This document shows, one piece after another, positions 1 to 8,507 of a DNA stretch of 64,000 nt. The number at the start of each line of letters is the position of its first letter. Position 1 is the first letter of the stretch. A program made the position numbers and the translations under genes. Under the pieces are notes generated by a model, which was given only the letters and a program-made list of their open reading frames with translations, was not told the origin of the DNA and made no database searches. Source of the stretch: Verrucomicrobiota bacterium (lineage in GTDB: Bacteria; Verrucomicrobiota; Verrucomicrobiia; Methylacidiphilales; JBCCWR01); assembly GCA_039193385.1 (NCBI GenBank), contig JBCCWR010000002.1, positions 2,966-66,965 of the forward strand. Direction: 5' to 3'.

Positions 1-1
1 T

Positions 2-646
2 ACAGCCTGGCTCATCATAGCAGTCCTGGGTTCAGTGTTAGTGATGCTCGGAAGAATACGTCGCCTCAGTTGTCTGTTTCTTTGGTACACTTGGACTTGT
101 TTATTTACAGCTAACCCTTTAATAGCAAACCCAAGTCTGGCTTACATTGGTTTACTGCTAGTCCTGTGCACTTTAATTCCCCATGGAGAGTGCTACATAC
201 TCAAATTACCCAACGAACACTCTAAAAAGTCTACTAACTGGAAAATGCCTGCCATGGTCTGCTTCACTGCGTGGACACTTATGTCAGTAGGCTACACTTT
301 TTCAGGAGTTATGAAACTTTTCAGCCCTAGCTGGATAGATGGTTCCGCGTTGCAACATCTGATGTATAACCCGCTGGCACGTCCTGGCTTATTCAGAGAC
401 TTGATGTTAATACTTCCAGAGAGTCTAACGAAATGTATGACATGGAGTGTATTGGCATTAGAGATTGCCTTTGTCCCTCTTGTTATTTTCCGCAAAACAA
501 GACCTTGGGTTTGGCTCTCGATGCTTTTGATGCATTTTGGCATCATGGCCACAGTGGACTTTGCTGACTTAAGCTTGGGCATGGTAATGATCCACCTCTT
601 CACCTTCCAGAGCTCATGGGTCAAAAAAACATACACTAAAGCTTGA
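2..646 (+). CDS. HTTM-like multi-pass membrane protein, 5' end outside the window
   Basis: The frame is open from nt 2, with no stop before the listed GTG at 35. The protein is strongly hydrophobic with several TM segments. Motifs SWIDGSALQH and NPLARPGLF and their spacing resemble HTTM/SdpB-type proteins. The family call is from memory only. Confidence 0.45.
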   Translation, partial: TAWLIIAVLGSVLVMLGRIRRLSCLFLWYTWTCLFTANPLIANPSLAYIGLLLVLCTLIPHGECYILKLPNEHSKKSTNWKMPAMVCFTAWTLMSVGYTFSGVMKLFSPSWIDGSALQHLMYNPLARPGLFRDLMLILPESLTKCMTWSVLALEIAFVPLVIFRKTRPWVWLSMLLMHFGIMATVDFADLSLGMVMIHLFTFQSSWVKKTYTKA

Positions 647-898
647 ATTCCTGAGTATCGCACATTTCCATATATACAACATCGCGCTACCCAACTTTAA
701 TCCTTTTTCTTAACTGTGTTGAACATAACCAACCCTCTGCTTTATGTTTTTAAAGTTACGCTCTTCAGAGATGTACGCTTCTATTGGTTTATCATACTTC
801 TTCACAAGCCCATCAAGCTTCTGCATTGCATCGGCTTTCTTGAGACTTCATTCTTTCTACTGGCCAATCATAGGTGTCATCTCTAGTTTTCTCGTTCT

Positions 899-2356
899 TT
901 GATGCATACGAACCATTCTATAACCAAGTGGGAATGGAGCCTGAGCGGTTTCTTGCTGCTTATGGCCGGCGTCTTGATTTTTCAGGATCTGGGAATGGAA
1001 CCACTCGGTTATCCGGATGAGCTCAAGTCGGCAGAACGCTCAACCTCATTTTTAACAACCGGCGACTGGTGGGCAGTGCATATGAACCATGAGCCGAATT
1101 TCAATAAGCCGCCTCTGCAATATTGGTGTAATGCGCTGATCTACACCATTCACCCTGACAAGGAGTTCGCCATCAGACTTATCAATGGCATCTTCGCCTG
1201 GGGTGTCTTCGCTCTCACCCTTCTGCTAGTCTGGCTCATGTTTACAGAGGAAGCTCAAAGAAAATGGATCGCCCCTCTAGCGGTTTATCTTTTGCTGCTC
1301 TATGGGCCGTTTATGGAGTATGCACGCATTGGCATTCTTGATATGGGAGCCACTTTTTTTAGTTTGCTTGTCTTACTCGCGTCTCAACTATCCAGACAGA
1401 ACCCTAAGTGGTGGCTGCTGGCCGGACTCGCAGGCGTCTTAGGCACATTGCAGAAAACGCCTTTACCTTTCGCTATATGGGGATTTCTTTTAATCCTAAA
1501 AGCTTTTCAACCTCAAGAGCGAACTAGTCTCAAATCTTTATGGCTTTGGGGCAGTCTCATCTTTGGAGCACTCCTGGCAGGAATCTGGCCTGTGGTTCAG
1601 CTGATACGCTTCGGGGACATTTACTTTGACCGTTATGTGGTTTTTGAATTAACTGAAATGACCAAGCGCGACGCGAATCTAGGCCCTTTGACCTATATCG
1701 TTTGGATCTCAAAGAAATGGTTTCTTTTTGCCCCACTTGCTTTTGTAGGCTTGGTATGGGCCCTTTTTCATAGCAGGCTCAAAGACAAGAATTTGCCCAA
1801 TCATTTTCTATTTGAGTGCTCTGTACTGACGCTTACTTTTCTAGTCATCATGAGTTGTTTGACTGGCCACTCACACCGTTATATTTTTCCCGTCCTGCCA
1901 TTATTGAGTATCCTGGCCGCATGGTGTATGTATAAGGTGTTGAGACGCTGGGCATCTCACAAATATAGTCTTATCGCTATCATCCTGCTCGTATCTTTCC
2001 CCAGTTTGATGACACTGCATTACCATTACAATTTAAAGCGGCATAAATATAAACCTTTCGTGCCTGTTTTAAATGAATTGGCTGATTTGAATAGAGAAAA
2101 GCAGCTTCCTTTGTTTTTAAGTTTTTCGGATTCGCTTGATCGCGGCAACATGACTCGTCTGGTACGTTATTATGGAGAAGTGGAACCAGCTGTAACCCTT
2201 CTACATGAAAAAGATGCTCTAAACCAGGTGCGGGCAATAACACCCCCGCTGCTAGGTTTGGTCAGTCCGGATAGAATCTCTCACTTGAGAGAAATGGATT
2301 TAAAGATTGAAGAGTTGGGTGCTTCTGGAGGTATTCATTTAATAAAAATTAAGTAA
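899..2356 (+). CDS. Family 39 glycosyltransferase (ArnT/PMT-like)
   Basis: 485 aa with about 10-11 hydrophobic segments. The loop motif NKPPLQYW is typical of ArnT/PMT_2 enzymes. There is a soluble C-terminal tail. The gene ends 5 nt before cysS. Confidence 0.7.
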   Translation: MMHTNHSITKWEWSLSGFLLLMAGVLIFQDLGMEPLGYPDELKSAERSTSFLTTGDWWAVHMNHEPNFNKPPLQYWCNALIYTIHPDKEFAIRLINGIFAWGVFALTLLLVWLMFTEEAQRKWIAPLAVYLLLLYGPFMEYARIGILDMGATFFSLLVLLASQLSRQNPKWWLLAGLAGVLGTLQKTPLPFAIWGFLLILKAFQPQERTSLKSLWLWGSLIFGALLAGIWPVVQLIRFGDIYFDRYVVFELTEMTKRDANLGPLTYIVWISKKWFLFAPLAFVGLVWALFHSRLKDKNLPNHFLFECSVLTLTFLVIMSCLTGHSHRYIFPVLPLLSILAAWCMYKVLRRWASHKYSLIAIILLVSFPSLMTLHYHYNLKRHKYKPFVPVLNELADLNREKQLPLFLSFSDSLDRGNMTRLVRYYGEVEPAVTLLHEKDALNQVRAITPPLLGLVSPDRISHLREMDLKIEELGASGGIHLIKIK

Positions 2357-2361
2357 TAAAT

Positions 2362-3810
2362 ATGTTCGAACTTTACGATACACTGACACGAAAAAAGCGA
2401 GAAATTAAAGCCGGTAATGGTAAGACACTGCGCTTTTACTGCTGCGGCCCCACTGTCTATGGCCCTGCTCATGTGGGAAATTTTAGAACCTTTCTCGTGC
2501 AGGATCTCTTTCGACGCGTGGCGGAACTTTCTGGCTTTAAAACCAAGCATGTCAGAAATGTCACAGATGTAGATGATAAGACCATTCGGCAGTCTCAAGC
2601 CGAAGGCAAATCTCTGACAGCCTTCACTCAATACTGGACGGAACGTTTTCATGCAGACTGTGAGAAGTTGAACCTACTGCAACCTCATGTTGAGCCCAGC
2701 GCCGTGGCACACATCAAGGAACAGATAGAGATGATTGAAAAATTAATCGAAGATAAAAACGCGTATCAAGGTAAAGACGGCTCCGTTTATTTTTCAATCC
2801 GTAGTTTTAAAGATTATGGAAAGCTTGCACGACTCGACCAACAAGAGCTCATATCCGGCGCAGCACAGTCAGCCAATAATTCCGATGAGTACACCAAGGA
2901 CGCCATCAATGACTTCGCTTTGTGGAAAGCACACCGCCAGGAAGATGGCGAAAATTACTGGGATAGCCCGTGGGGAAAAGGGCGGCCTGGCTGGCACCTG
3001 GAGTGCAGTGCTATGAGTTTGAAATACCTGGGGAATGACTTTGATCTTCACTCCGGAGGCGTCGACCTGATCTTTCCTCATCACGAAAATGAGATTGCGC
3101 AAAGTGAATGTTTCACGGGGCAACGCTTCTGCCGCCACTGGCTGCATGTAGCCCATCTCATGGTAGACGGAGGTAAAATGAGCAAGAGCCTGGGCAATCT
3201 CTACACTGTGGCTGATATTGAAGCAAAGGGCTTTCATCCGGCAGAACTACGTTATGTGCTTTTAAGTGGTGACTACCGACAACCGCTTAACTTTACCTGG
3301 GACTCATTACACGCAGCCTGGCAGGCTCTCGGCAAAACGCAAAAGGTTGTAGCAAAACTCCTGCAGATAGCAGAACTCCAGAAGCTACCTGCCTATAAGG
3401 AACAACTTAAGGCCAGAGTCTCTGACTTAGGACTGTTTGCTCAAGCCTGGGAAGCTCTGCAGATGGATATGAATGCACCTAAAGCTCTGGGTCATTTTTT
3501 TACTGCACTCAAACAAGTGGATGAAAACTTGAAGCAGGGACTTTCCTCCAAAGATGCCATCCTTGTGCTTTCACAGCTCGCCTGGATTCTCAATGCGATC
3601 GGTTTAGAAATTCCCGAACGCAAAGAAGCACAAGAACAAGCGCCAGAAGAAGTAAAAACCTTGGCCATGAAACGCTGGCAGGCCAAGCAAGCTAAAGATT
3701 GGAACACAGCGGATAAGCTGCGTGATGAGATCGCTTCTTTAGGATGGACCATCAAGGATCGCAAAGACGGTTTTGATTTGATTAAAAATGCTTCTGCTGC
3801 CGATCTATGA
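2362..3810 (+). CDS. cysS: Cysteine--tRNA ligase
   Basis: N-terminus [12 protein letters not shown]. Class-I HIGH-type motif [22 protein letters not shown] loop [10 protein letters not shown]. Zn/Cys-binding WHLECS. The length of 482 aa fits. Confidence 0.95.
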   Translation: MFELYDTLTRKKREIKAGNGKTLRFYCCGPTVYGPAHVGNFRTFLVQDLFRRVAELSGFKTKHVRNVTDVDDKTIRQSQAEGKSLTAFTQYWTERFHADCEKLNLLQPHVEPSAVAHIKEQIEMIEKLIEDKNAYQGKDGSVYFSIRSFKDYGKLARLDQQELISGAAQSANNSDEYTKDAINDFALWKAHRQEDGENYWDSPWGKGRPGWHLECSAMSLKYLGNDFDLHSGGVDLIFPHHENEIAQSECFTGQRFCRHWLHVAHLMVDGGKMSKSLGNLYTVADIEAKGFHPAELRYVLLSGDYRQPLNFTWDSLHAAWQALGKTQKVVAKLLQIAELQKLPAYKEQLKARVSDLGLFAQAWEALQMDMNAPKALGHFFTALKQVDENLKQGLSSKDAILVLSQLAWILNAIGLEIPERKEAQEQAPEEVKTLAMKRWQAKQAKDWNTADKLRDEIASLGWTIKDRKDGFDLIKNASAADL

Positions 3811-4014
3811 TTCCATAATGTAAGATTAATACAAAACCCATAATTCCATAACTAGTATATTCTAAATGCCTATCGAATATTTTGTTTAAGCAGAATTTTA
3901 TACTTTTAATAAGCTTTATATTGACGACAAAATAATAATAGACGTAGCACATGTAGGTTGCTACTCCGCTTGAAAATATGATAACTTTTTAAATAGTACG
4001 TGTTTAATAACTAG

Positions 4015-4728
4015 ATGAGTTCAGAAGGTAATAGCTCTATTTTCTCTTTTAAAGAGATGCTTCAACACTATGCGCAAACGGGCAAAACGGGCCTCTTTGA
4101 AGTTTCCGCAGCAGGTTCTAGAGGACGTGTGTATATAACCAATGGGTCTGTTATTCACGCAGAAACTGGCAGTGGGCAGGGAGAAGCTGCTGCCCTGCAA
4201 GTGATCTCCTGGAAAGATCCTCTGTATGAATGGAAAGAAGACCAATCTCCTGCAGATGCTTCTGTGGCTGTTCCTGTGCAAGATCTTTTACTCAAAGCAA
4301 TAATAAATGAGAATACAGAAAAAGCTTCACCGCCCGATAAAGAACAACTGCCTAACTCAAATGCGCAAACGCGCAATATCCTTGATCCTAATTCAGTAAA
4401 AATACTCAGCTTGGAGATCTCCAGTAATGAGTTGAAGCCTTTCCGTTTTGTTATCAAGAAAAAGCAGATGACGGTCGGGCGAGATGAAGCCAATGAGCTT
4501 TGCCTGGCTGAGACTTCTGTTTCCCGTAAACATGCCATGATCATTAACATGAATGACAATCTTATTATCCGCGATCTGGGTTCATTGAATGGCACAATGA
4601 TTAACGGGCAGGTTATTACTGAAGGAATCGCAAAAAAAGATCAGATCATCACTTTTGGTGAATGCAACTGTCGTCTCAACGTAAGCATCGTGCGCAAGGT
4701 GCCTACTATGAGTAAAGTCGCTAAGTAA
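4015..4728 (+). CDS. DUF4388 (PATAN-like) plus FHA domain signalling protein
   Basis: The N-terminus (KTGLFEVSAAGSRGRVYITNGSVIHAE...GEAAALQVISWKD) matches the DUF4388 pattern. The C-terminus (MTVGRDEANELCLAETSVSRKHAMI...IRDLGSLNGTMINGQ) is a canonical FHA core. Confidence 0.8.
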   Translation: MSSEGNSSIFSFKEMLQHYAQTGKTGLFEVSAAGSRGRVYITNGSVIHAETGSGQGEAAALQVISWKDPLYEWKEDQSPADASVAVPVQDLLLKAIINENTEKASPPDKEQLPNSNAQTRNILDPNSVKILSLEISSNELKPFRFVIKKKQMTVGRDEANELCLAETSVSRKHAMIINMNDNLIIRDLGSLNGTMINGQVITEGIAKKDQIITFGECNCRLNVSIVRKVPTMSKVAK

Positions 4729-4826
4729 AGTTCTATTGTTGGCTTAACAGCAGTACGATCATGCAGCCCATTGCCATTGACGCTCTATAAAAGTATTTGA
4801 TATATATTTTAATCTGCATCAAGCAT

Positions 4827-4899
4827 TGCCCCATAGCTCAATTGGCAGAGCGCCAGGTTCTGGCCCTGGAGGTTTAAGGTTCGATCCCTTATGGGGCAG
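4827..4899 (+). tRNA. tRNA-Gln (anticodon CUG)
   Basis: Hand-folded cloverleaf. Acceptor TGCCCCA/TGGGGCA, D-stem GCTC/GAGC, anticodon stem CCAGG/CCTGG with loop TTCTGGC, T-arm TAAGG-TTCGATC-CCTTA. The U1:A72 pair is typical of bacterial tRNA-Gln. No CCA is encoded. Confidence 0.93.
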
Positions 4900-4978
4900 G
4901 GGGCAGGGAAGCAGATATTATTTAGCCAATCAGCCGCTTTTCGATTTTGCGAACCCTGAACTATGCGTCCTGAACTCC

Positions 4979-5485
4979 TTAACTGGCACGCGCCAGAAAA
5001 GTTTCATCCATCTTAGTGATGCGTTCTCCCAGACAACGGCAGAGATTTTTCATAATAATAGTATGCTGGTCTGGCCAGATTTGATAAAGCTTGTTCAAGC
5101 TGTTACTCGTCAACGAGTAGAGAAAGCAAGTTTCTTTGGCCACCACCGTAGCAGAGCGTACGATAGGCTCTATCACACACATTTCTCCAAAAAATTCATT
5201 TTGGCCCAGCGTTGCAATAACAGACACATTGTCCTCACTGATGTTTTTCATGACTTCCACGACACCACTGCCCACGATGAACATTTCGTCTCCAGGTTCT
5301 CCTTCACGAACAATAACTTCTCCTGCATGAACGACTCTTTCATGTGATGCAACGTAAAGTGTGATAAGAGCATCCTGTGAAAGCTCCGCAAATATTGGAA
5401 TATTCTGAAACGAATTGAGCACCGGACTCGTGCTAAAAAGCGCCTCCATAGCCTTGACAATATTTGTTGGAAGTTGAAGTTTCAT
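4979..5485 (-). CDS. Stand-alone cyclic-nucleotide-binding domain protein
   Basis: 168 aa. Phosphate-binding cassette FFGEMCVIEPIVRSATVVA with the conserved Arg. The start overlaps the upstream stop by 4 nt (ATGA). Confidence 0.8.
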   Translation of the reverse strand: MKLQLPTNIVKAMEALFSTSPVLNSFQNIPIFAELSQDALITLYVASHERVVHAGEVIVREGEPGDEMFIVGSGVVEVMKNISEDNVSVIATLGQNEFFGEMCVIEPIVRSATVVAKETCFLYSLTSNSLNKLYQIWPDQHTIIMKNLCRCLGERITKMDETFLARAS

Positions 5486-5958
5486 TCTGCAAGCACCGTG
5501 TTAGCTATTTTGAAACGTTCATTTACTTGTCGTAATGTACGTGAGTAAAATCGAGCCAGATTGGAAATAATGAGAGCATACTGGTCTGGATGATCTTTTT
5601 CTAATTCCTTAAAAAATTCCAAAGAGATAAACAATAAAGAACAGGGTTCAAGAGCCACAAAAGTTCCAGCGCTTGAGCTATTTCCCAAAAGACACTGCTC
5701 GCCAAAAAAATCGCCATCGATCAAAGTAAAAAGAATATCATGCGGACTTCTCGACTCACCCTCAAAAACTTCAACGGAACCACTGATTAAAATGTGGACA
5801 CCGCGAGTTGCCGAACCCTTGGCTAAACACACATCCCCCGCCTCAAAATCATGAGGTTGCGCATTTGCAGCCAAAGTATCAATTTTTTCCTCATCCAGCC
5901 AGGAGAAGAGGGTGACTTGCCGTAACTTATCAACTTTGTTATCCATAGCTTCTTTCAT
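5482..5958 (-). CDS. Stand-alone cNMP-binding-like domain protein with a degenerate phosphate-binding cassette
   Basis: 158 aa. The beta-barrel pattern GDVCLAKGS...HILISGSVEV is present. The cassette FFGEQCLLGNSSSAGTFVA has Ser where the ligand-binding Arg normally sits. It overlaps both neighbours by 4 nt. Confidence 0.7.
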   Translation of the reverse strand: MKEAMDNKVDKLRQVTLFSWLDEEKIDTLAANAQPHDFEAGDVCLAKGSATRGVHILISGSVEVFEGESRSPHDILFTLIDGDFFGEQCLLGNSSSAGTFVALEPCSLLFISLEFFKELEKDHPDQYALIISNLARFYSRTLRQVNERFKIANTVLAE

Positions 5959-7334
5959 AGTTGCAGTAATGAGTTTTCAGGCCAGTAATCCATAATGCCC
6001 ATGGTGAGAAAGCGAAACAGCAAAGAACGTGTATGCTCTATAGGATAACCTAGCTCTTCAGCGATCGCGTTAAGATTTCTCCCTCCCTTATTGACTATTT
6101 CTGCAAAGGCAAATTCCTCTTCATCAAATCCGTAGGAGACCATATGCTCAAAGCCTCGCCGCGTGTAGGCTGGCGTCCCACTGCTTTTCTTAAACTCTTC
6201 GATGTTTTCAATTTCCTCAGCCTGAATATGTCGCAGACTTTCTACCGTCCAATCGCTAATTGTTATAGGCTCTCCAATGTAGTCACGAATGAAATCTGGA
6301 AACTGGTAGAGATCCTGAAATTCAAAACGTAACCCATCAAAAATCCAATTACGGGAAAAAAGAAAGCTCCCGAACTGACGGGTAAGATGCACGGCTTTTT
6401 CCTCACTTAGTAAATCAGCTTCATGAAGTGTCAGAAAAAACGGCTTGGATGACTGACCTTGTTCATTTGTAGCATTGTTAAGCGCCTCCTGTTGGTCAGG
6501 GGGAAAGTTTAAATTCGCTCCTTGGAGATAATCGGTCATGTTTTTAGTCGTATTAAAAGCAACCATGCCATCTTTTACATACAGTTCCTGCGGCGTTTCT
6601 TGAATGAAGGTTTTAAGCACCCCGCTCAACTTTTGCTCATCAATCGCACGCAAGACCAGCATCAGAGGAAAGTGATGCGTATTCCCACAAAAAACAAGGG
6701 AAGGACTCGTAGTCGTAGCAACTTGTAGAAGAGGCTTTGTTTTAGGGAGAGGGATTTTGCGAGTGGCAGGGGTAGGAGCAGGCGTTGGTTTCGTTGTATC
6801 TTGAACTTTCTGCTCTAACTGAGAATCTTCCAACCCAATCTTTAAAGGACGTGTTGCCGGGCGAGGCTTAAAGGCCCCCGCTGGCTGTTTTTCTGGCATG
6901 GTTTGCGGAGCAGGGATCGGTTGCGTACCAGATATGCCATTACGCCGGAAAGTCAGAGTTGTATTGCGCAAAACAAAATTGACCGTGGCACAGAGCAGCT
7001 CAGGGGTAAATGGCTTGGTCAATGTGCGCTTTACGTTCTGAAACTTGCGTGCCGCCTCACGTATGTTCTTATTATCACTACTCAGGAATATAACAGGTAT
7101 ATGATCCGTATGCGCTTCACTGAGTAATTGTTCACAGACGCGCTCGCCATTCATATCTGGCAAAATAAAATCTAGCAAAATGAGATCGGGATGTTGCGAT
7201 CTGGCAAAAGCTAAACCTTCCTCGGCATTTTGCGCTGTGATCACCTCAAATTTCTTGGAGTATTTTGTCAGGCTATCTGCAATAAACGCACGCAGTGTAT
7301 GGCTGTCATCAATGGTTAAAATGCGCGTATTCAT
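5955..7334 (-). CDS. Response-regulator receiver protein with a Pro-rich linker and a DUF4388-like C-terminal region
   Basis: REC motifs ILTIDDS, DLILLDFILPDMNG and TKPF. A P/T/K-rich linker follows. A segment SGVLKTFIQETPQELYVKDGMVAF resembles DUF4388. No DNA-binding or enzymatic output domain was recognised. Confidence 0.75.
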   Translation of the reverse strand: MNTRILTIDDSHTLRAFIADSLTKYSKKFEVITAQNAEEGLAFARSQHPDLILLDFILPDMNGERVCEQLLSEAHTDHIPVIFLSSDNKNIREAARKFQNVKRTLTKPFTPELLCATVNFVLRNTTLTFRRNGISGTQPIPAPQTMPEKQPAGAFKPRPATRPLKIGLEDSQLEQKVQDTTKPTPAPTPATRKIPLPKTKPLLQVATTTSPSLVFCGNTHHFPLMLVLRAIDEQKLSGVLKTFIQETPQELYVKDGMVAFNTTKNMTDYLQGANLNFPPDQQEALNNATNEQGQSSKPFFLTLHEADLLSEEKAVHLTRQFGSFLFSRNWIFDGLRFEFQDLYQFPDFIRDYIGEPITISDWTVESLRHIQAEEIENIEEFKKSSGTPAYTRRGFEHMVSYGFDEEEFAFAEIVNKGGRNLNAIAEELGYPIEHTRSLLFRFLTMGIMDYWPENSLLQL

Positions 7335-7339
7335 CTTGC

Positions 7340-8053
7340 TTATGCGGTTACGGCCTGATTTTCATCAATTTTATGAACGGTTTCCAGCAGCAACGATTGC
7401 CAATCCGCATTCAATGTCCGTTCTGCCTTAATCGGTTCTGCCACCTCCTGCACCTTGCCCCCGCTCCAGCTCACAATAACTTGAAATGCATCCATACCTT
7501 GTCTCTCTGCCGCCTCGGCATGGATAATCTCGCCCTTCTGGATATAAAGACGTCCGGACTCGCCCTCCTTGGAAGTAAATTGTAAGACCTGAGTCGCGCG
7601 TGAAAGACACTTCAACTGAATAATATCCACACTGCTTAAATTTGAAAGAGAAGCCTGAAACTGAGCATCCGGCTGAGTGCTTTCCATCTGGCTATCATGT
7701 GCCCTTCGCAACAATTTAGCGATAGATATAGGGTTGATCGGTTTTTCGATAATTTTAAGAATGTCCAGCGCATCGATCTGTTCTTGATATTCCGCAAGGT
7801 CGCCATCCGTCATCAGCACAATCGTGGCTGCAGGCTGCGTTGTCTTAACATCACTAATAAAGTCAATGCCAGTGCCATCTTCAAGAAAGACATCCACAAT
7901 ATACATGGGCACCGTGTATTCACTGATAAGCACCTGTGCTTCCTCCACCGTACGAGCAGGTAATATAGTGTACTCAGAAAAATCTGCCCTCATAGCCTGA
8001 GTAAGCTGTGCCAGCAACATCTGTTGGTCTTCTAATATCAGTATGGAGGCCAT
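7340..8053 (-). CDS. Response-regulator receiver plus DUF4388 domain protein
   Basis: REC motifs ILILEDQQ, MYIVDVFLEDGTG and IEKPI. The C-terminal ESGRLYIQKGEIIHAEAAERQGMDAFQVIVSWSGGKV matches the DUF4388 core. The ATG at 8053 (MASILILED) is preferred over the upstream ATG at 8068. Confidence 0.8.
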   Translation of the reverse strand: MASILILEDQQMLLAQLTQAMRADFSEYTILPARTVEEAQVLISEYTVPMYIVDVFLEDGTGIDFISDVKTTQPAATIVLMTDGDLAEYQEQIDALDILKIIEKPINPISIAKLLRRAHDSQMESTQPDAQFQASLSNLSSVDIIQLKCLSRATQVLQFTSKEGESGRLYIQKGEIIHAEAAERQGMDAFQVIVSWSGGKVQEVAEPIKAERTLNADWQSLLLETVHKIDENQAVTA

Positions 8054-8304
8054 AATTTCTAGGAGCACTAATAATCTTTAAAAACAAAGATAATAAGAAG
8101 GCTTTAGAGAAATACAAGTCAGGCTTACAGCATAACAGAAGAATTTGTATCATGCATACTTCTTTACTAACCTATGCTTTCCTGAGCACCCGACAGCCCC
8201 ACGGCCCGACATAGCATTAAAATCACATAGGACAAACGGACCTTTGGACCTTTTTTCTTTTTCATCCTTTCTACGTTAGCTGACGGACCAGCAGTTGGTT
8301 TAGC

Positions 8305-8398
8305 CTGTATGATGCCTGAGAGGGCGAGTCGGATGTGTCAAATCTCCCGTGCCAAAATCTTACAGACATGGTCGTGTCCCTATTGCTTCATGCGGGTG
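8305..8398. repeat. Intergenic palindromic unit of a dispersed repeat family (CCGCATGATGCCATAG / ATAGAGGGCGAGTCAGATGTG)
   Basis: The left arm ctgtatgatgcctgagagggcgagtcggatgtgtcaaa and the right arm catggtcgtgtccctattgcttcatgcgggtg are imperfect reverse complements. Related copies occur at 10.6, 12.3, 16.6, 31.0 and 36.2 kb. Confidence 0.7.
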
Positions 8399-8507
8399 TA
8401 TATCTGCTCGTCTATAGGAATATCGATACGTTTGGTTTGCTTCGCACGTAGATAATGCTATAAATGAGCTGAAAAACAATATTATCAAGACCCAAAAGGC
8501 ACTTTAA

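Noticed and set aside
700-830. 38-aa minus-strand reading frame (MQKLDGLVKKYDKPIEAYISEERNFKNIKQRVGYVQHS)
   Set aside because: It looks protein-like but is very short, preceded by a stop, and without a recognisable family. It may be a gene remnant and is not annotatable from sequence alone.
4826-5347. 173-aa plus-strand ORF starting at the tRNA
   Set aside because: It overlaps tRNA-Gln and runs antisense through a well-supported cNMP-binding gene. Its composition looks like a shadow frame.
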